Shown piece after piece: positions 58,909 to 64,000 of a stretch of 64,000 bases of DNA; position 1 is the first letter of the stretch; each line of letters starts with the position of its first letter. The notes under the pieces are model-generated. The model worked only from the letters and a program-made list of their open reading frames with translations. It was not told the origin of the DNA and searched no databases. The stretch comes from a phage. Where the stretch lies: the sequence record PZ452582.1, one strand, 5' to 3'. Both the position numbers and the translations under genes were made by a program.

Positions 58909-61163
58909 TTAATGTTATCAAAAGTAGTGGTGTTTCTCAGAGCTTTGACCCACAAAAAATTATTAAAGTTTTATCTTGGGCAGCTGAGGGAACATCAGTA
59001 GATCCTTATGAATTATATGAAAATATTAAATCTTATCTCCGTGATGGAATGACAACTGATGATATTCAGACTATTGTCATTAAGGCTGCTGCGAATTCTA
59101 TTTCGGTTGAAGAGCCTGATTATCAATATGTAGCTGCACGCTGTTTAATGTTTGCTCTTCGTAAGCATGTTTACGGGCAGTATGAACCGCGTTCATTTAT
59201 TGACCATATTTCTTATTGCGTAAATGAAGGGAAATATGACCCTGAATTATTGTCAAAATATTCTGCGGAAGAAATTACATTTTTAGAATCAAAAATTAAG
59301 CACGAGCGGGATATGGAATTTACTTATTCCGGAGCGATGCAATTAAAAGAAAAATATCTAGTCAAAGATAAAACCACCGGTCAAATTTATGAAACTCCAC
59401 AGTTTGCATTTATGACTATTGGAATGGCATTGCATCAAGATGAACCTGTTGATAGATTAAAACACGTTATTCGTTTTTATGAAGCAGTATCTACTCGACA
59501 GATTTCACTACCAACTCCTATTATGGCTGGTTGCCGTACTCCAACTCGGCAGTTTAGTTCATGCGTTGTTATTGAAGCAGGTGATTCATTAAAGTCTATC
59601 AATAAGGCTTCCGCTTCAATTGTTGAATATATCTCTAAACGCGCTGGAATTGGTATTAACGTTGGTATGATTCGTGCTGAAGGTTCTAAGATTGGCATGG
59701 GTGAAGTACGCCATACTGGTGTTATTCCTTTTTGGAAACATTTTCAGACTGCTGTTAAATCATGCTCACAGGGTGGAATTCGTGGCGGCGCTGCTACTGC
59801 TTATTATCCTATTTGGCATTTGGAAGTTGAAAATCTTCTTGTTTTGAAAAATAACAAAGGCGTAGAAGAAAACCGCATTCGTCATATGGATTATGGTGTT
59901 CAACTGAATGATTTGATGATGGAACGTTTTGGAAAGAACGATTACATTACTTTGTTCAGTCCCCATGAAATGGGCGGAGAGCTTTATTATTCTTATTTTA
60001 AAGACCAAGACCGTTTCCGTGAATTATACGAAGCAGCAGAAAAAGACCCTAATATTCGTAAAAAGCGTATTAAAGCCCGTGAACTATTTGAATTGCTCAT
60101 GACTGAACGCTCAGGAACAGCAAGAATTTATGTACAGTTCATTGATAATACGAATAACTATACTCCGTTTATTCGTGAAAAGGCACCTATTCGTCAGAGT
60201 AACTTGTGCTGTGAAATTGCTATTCCAACAAATGATGTGAATAGTCCTGATGCTGAAATTGGATTGTGTACTCTCTCTGCATTCGTACTGGATAATTTTG
60301 ACTGGCAAGACCAAGATAAAATTAATGAATTGGCAGAAGTCCAAGTTCGTGCTCTTGATAATCTTTTGGATTACCAAGGATATCCAGTTCCTGAAGCAGA
60401 AAAAGCTAAAAAGCGTCGTAACCTCGGTGTAGGTGTTACTAACTATGCAGCTTGGCTGGCAAGTAACTTTGCTTCTTATGAAGATGCTAACGATTTAACA
60501 CATGAACTATTTGAGAGATTACAATATGGACTCATTAAAGCATCCATTAAGCTCGCCAAAGAAAAAGGACCTTGCGAATATTATTCAGACACTCGTTGGT
60601 CTCGAGGCGAATTACCTATCGACTGGTACAATAAAAAGATTGACCAAATCGCAGCTCCAAAATACGTTTGTGACTGGTCGTCGCTGCGGGAAGACCTTAA
60701 GCTCTTTGGCATCCGTAATAGCACACTATCAGCACTTATGCCATGTGAGTCATCTTCCCAAGTTTCTAACAGTACAAACGGTATCGAGCCTCCACGTGGA
60801 CCAGTCTCTGTTAAAGAATCAAAAGAGGGTTCCTTTAATCAAGTCGTGCCCAATATTGAACATAACATAGACCTATATGATTATACATGGAAATTAGCTA
60901 AGAAAGGTAATAAACCTTATCTTACGCAGGTAGCTATTATGCTGAAATGGGTATGTCAATCAGCTTCAGCGAATACATATTATGACCCGCAGATTTTTCC
61001 AAAAGGAAAGGTTCCAATGTCAATAATGATTGATGACCTTTTGTATTTTTGGTATTTTGGCGGAAAAAATTTCTATTATCATAATACCCGTGATGGTTCT
61101 GGTACTGATGATTATGAAATAGAAACTCCAAAAGCTGAAGATTGCGCAGCGTGTAAATTGTAA
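58899..61163 (+). CDS. nrdA: Aerobic ribonucleotide reductase large subunit NrdA
   Basis: 754 aa, same as T4 NrdA; sequence recognised. Confidence 0.95.
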   Translation: MQLINVIKSSGVSQSFDPQKIIKVLSWAAEGTSVDPYELYENIKSYLRDGMTTDDIQTIVIKAAANSISVEEPDYQYVAARCLMFALRKHVYGQYEPRSFIDHISYCVNEGKYDPELLSKYSAEEITFLESKIKHERDMEFTYSGAMQLKEKYLVKDKTTGQIYETPQFAFMTIGMALHQDEPVDRLKHVIRFYEAVSTRQISLPTPIMAGCRTPTRQFSSCVVIEAGDSLKSINKASASIVEYISKRAGIGINVGMIRAEGSKIGMGEVRHTGVIPFWKHFQTAVKSCSQGGIRGGAATAYYPIWHLEVENLLVLKNNKGVEENRIRHMDYGVQLNDLMMERFGKNDYITLFSPHEMGGELYYSYFKDQDRFRELYEAAEKDPNIRKKRIKARELFELLMTERSGTARIYVQFIDNTNNYTPFIREKAPIRQSNLCCEIAIPTNDVNSPDAEIGLCTLSAFVLDNFDWQDQDKINELAEVQVRALDNLLDYQGYPVPEAEKAKKRRNLGVGVTNYAAWLASNFASYEDANDLTHELFERLQYGLIKASIKLAKEKGPCEYYSDTRWSRGELPIDWYNKKIDQIAAPKYVCDWSSLREDLKLFGIRNSTLSALMPCESSSQVSNSTNGIEPPRGPVSVKESKEGSFNQVVPNIEHNIDLYDYTWKLAKKGNKPYLTQVAIMLKWVCQSASANTYYDPQIFPKGKVPMSIMIDDLLYFWYFGGKNFYYHNTRDGSGTDDYEIETPKAEDCAACKL

Positions 61164-61804
61164 TGAATTATCAAAACGTATATAATAGTTTAATTTCCCG
61201 GGCTCAAACCCGGGAACCTTTATTAGGATATAAAGAGACTCATCATATAATCCCTAGATGTATGGGAGGTTCTGATGATAAAGAAAATTTAGTTGAATTA
61301 ACAGGTAGAGAGCATTTTATAGCTCATTGGCTTTTATGTAAAATATATGACACCCCAGGATTAAAGAAAGCTTTTGGTTTAATGTGCTTGACTGGTAAAA
61401 ATCGCTCATATAAAATTTCTTCTCAACTGTACGAATTAGGTAGACGACGTTTATCTGAAGCTGCTATAGGACGTGAAGTTTCTATAGAAACCAGAGAAAA
61501 GATAAGTAGAGCCCTTAAAGGAAGGAAATTTACCAAAGAGCATTTAGCTCACATGAGAAAACCTAAAACCGAAGAAGCTAAAAAGAATATAGCTGCTGCT
61601 AAAGTCGGCGTGCTTAATCCGATGTATGGTACAATCTCTCCGACAAGAGATGTTCCTCATACTAAAGAAACCCGTGATTTGATTTCTTTGAGAACTAAGC
61701 AAGGTACAGAGTATCCGCCTTGTCCGCATTGTGGCAAGAAAGTTAATAAAGGCAATGCTTTAAGATGGCATTATGATAAATGTAAATTTAAGGATTCTAA
61801 ATGA
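61163..61804 (+). CDS. Free-standing HNH homing endonuclease (MobE-like) between nrdA and nrdB
   Basis: 213 aa; HNH motif HHIIPRCMGG...N...H; three NUMOD-like repeats; TAATG and ATGA overlaps with both neighbours. Confidence 0.75.
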   Translation: MNYQNVYNSLISRAQTREPLLGYKETHHIIPRCMGGSDDKENLVELTGREHFIAHWLLCKIYDTPGLKKAFGLMCLTGKNRSYKISSQLYELGRRRLSEAAIGREVSIETREKISRALKGRKFTKEHLAHMRKPKTEEAKKNIAAAKVGVLNPMYGTISPTRDVPHTKETRDLISLRTKQGTEYPPCPHCGKKVNKGNALRWHYDKCKFKDSK

Positions 61805-62979
61805 GTACAGTTTTTAATACATCCCCTGTTAATATTTTGACTGAGCCGATGTTTTTTGGTTCTGGATTGGGTTTAGCTCGATATGATATTCAACGACATA
61901 GAGTATTTGAAGAACTTATTGAGAAATCTTTATCATTTTTTTGGCGTCCTGAAGAAGTAAACTTGATGATGGATGCTGCGCAATTTAACAAGCTTCCTCA
62001 GTATCAGCAAAATATTTTTACTAACAACTTGAAGTATCAATCACTTTTAGATAGCATTCAGGGTCGCGCGCCATCTGCTGTACTTATGTCATTAATTTCA
62101 GACCCAAGTCTTGATACATGGGTTGCTACATGGACTTTTAGTGAAACTATTCACAGTCGTTCATATACTCATATCATGCGAAATCTTTATACTGATCCAT
62201 CGAAGGTATTTGATGAAATTGTATTAGATGAAGCTATTATGAAACGTGCTGAATCCATTGGACGTTATTATGATGATGTTCTGATTAAAACTCGTTATTG
62301 GGAAAACGCTAAAGCTGATATCGAATACCAAAAAGAAATTAATGCAGACGAAGACGTTATTGAAGATGCTATTGAGCATGAGACATATTGGAAGCGTGAG
62401 CTAATGAAATCTCTTTACCTCTGTTTGCATGTAATCAACGCATTGGAAGCTATTCGTTTTTATGTATCTTTCGCATGTACCTTTAACTTCCATAAGAACA
62501 TGGAAATCATGGAAGGTAATGCCAAGATTATGAAGTTCATTGCACGCGATGAACAGCTTCACCTTAAAGGCACCCAATATATTATTCGTCAACTTCAATC
62601 TGGTACTGATGGCGATCAATGGGTTAAAATTGCTCAAGAGTGTGAACAAGAAGCAGTTGATATTTTCATGGAAGTTAACCGCCAAGAAAAAGATTGGGCA
62701 GTTCATTTATTTAAAGATGGTGATGTTCCTGGATTAAATACAAATAGCATGTGGAGCTTTATTGATTACTTAACTGTATCTCGTATGAAACAGTGCGGTC
62801 TTCCATGCCCAATTACCGATGCTCCGGTTAAACACCCGTATCCTTGGATTCGTGAATATCTTAATTCTGATAATGTTCAATCCGCGCCACAAGAAGTAGA
62901 ACTGTCATCTTATCTTGTAGCACAGATTGATAATGATGTTGATGATAAAGTTATGATGAGTTTTAAAAAATATTTTTAA
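61801..62979 (+). CDS. nrdB: Ribonucleotide reductase small subunit NrdB, intron-less
   Basis: 392 aa in one continuous ORF; di-iron ligands visible. Confidence 0.92.
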   Translation: MSTVFNTSPVNILTEPMFFGSGLGLARYDIQRHRVFEELIEKSLSFFWRPEEVNLMMDAAQFNKLPQYQQNIFTNNLKYQSLLDSIQGRAPSAVLMSLISDPSLDTWVATWTFSETIHSRSYTHIMRNLYTDPSKVFDEIVLDEAIMKRAESIGRYYDDVLIKTRYWENAKADIEYQKEINADEDVIEDAIEHETYWKRELMKSLYLCLHVINALEAIRFYVSFACTFNFHKNMEIMEGNAKIMKFIARDEQLHLKGTQYIIRQLQSGTDGDQWVKIAQECEQEAVDIFMEVNRQEKDWAVHLFKDGDVPGLNTNSMWSFIDYLTVSRMKQCGLPCPITDAPVKHPYPWIREYLNSDNVQSAPQEVELSSYLVAQIDNDVDDKVMMSFKKYF

Positions 62980-62984
62980 GGAGT

Positions 62985-63004
62985 GGGCCGCAAGGCCCAT
63001 TTTA
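62985..63004 (+). other. Hairpin (GGGCC-GCAA-GGCCC) between SD and denA start codon
   Basis: AAGGAG SD at 62978-62983, 5-bp GC stem, then ATTTTATT and ATG at 63007. Confidence 0.5.
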
Positions 63005-63006
63005 TT

Positions 63007-64000
<994 letters not shown>

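Noticed and set aside
62983-63006. Track start of denA at 62983 (MGRKAHFIM...)
   Set aside because: The start codon is a GTG inside the SD and hairpin; the ATG at 63007 gives the 136-aa EndoII length

Overview
This window is a segment of a T-even (T4-like, Tevenvirinae) coliphage genome, read in the reverse orientation of the standard T4 map. It is almost entirely coding. Gene order on the + strand is: 44 (5' partial), 62, regA, 43, imm region, 42, a glycosyltransferase, uvsX, 40, 41, dmd, sp, 61, dam, 56, soc, modB/modA, srd, dda, dexA, 39, rIIA, rIIB, denB, ndd, 52, motA, arn, asiA. The late tail-fibre/lysis block (34, 35, 36, 37, 38, t) follows on the - strand, then rnh, dsbA, 33, 59, 32, frd, td, nrdA, nrdB, denA and the start of rnlA on the + strand. 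Identifications rest on reading the ORF translations against remembered T4 protein sequences, lengths and synteny; no database search was run. The phage is not T4 itself: gene 39 is one contiguous ORF, td and nrdB are uninterrupted, gp38 is the long glycine-rich adhesin type, and the glycosyltransferase at the beta-gt locus does not look like T4 beta-gt. No tRNA, rRNA or CRISPR array was seen. The best candidates for something undescribed are (i) a PD-(D/E)xK-like ORF translationally coupled to dam, with an adjacent antisense membrane ORF, (ii) an ORF inserted between frd and td, (iii) a near-identical 49-nt 3' end shared by two adjacent ORFs between 41 and 61, and (iv) clusters of tiny secreted or membrane ORFs flanked by repeated stem-loop plus early-promoter cassettes. 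An HNH endonuclease sits between nrdA and nrdB. None of these is proven novel.
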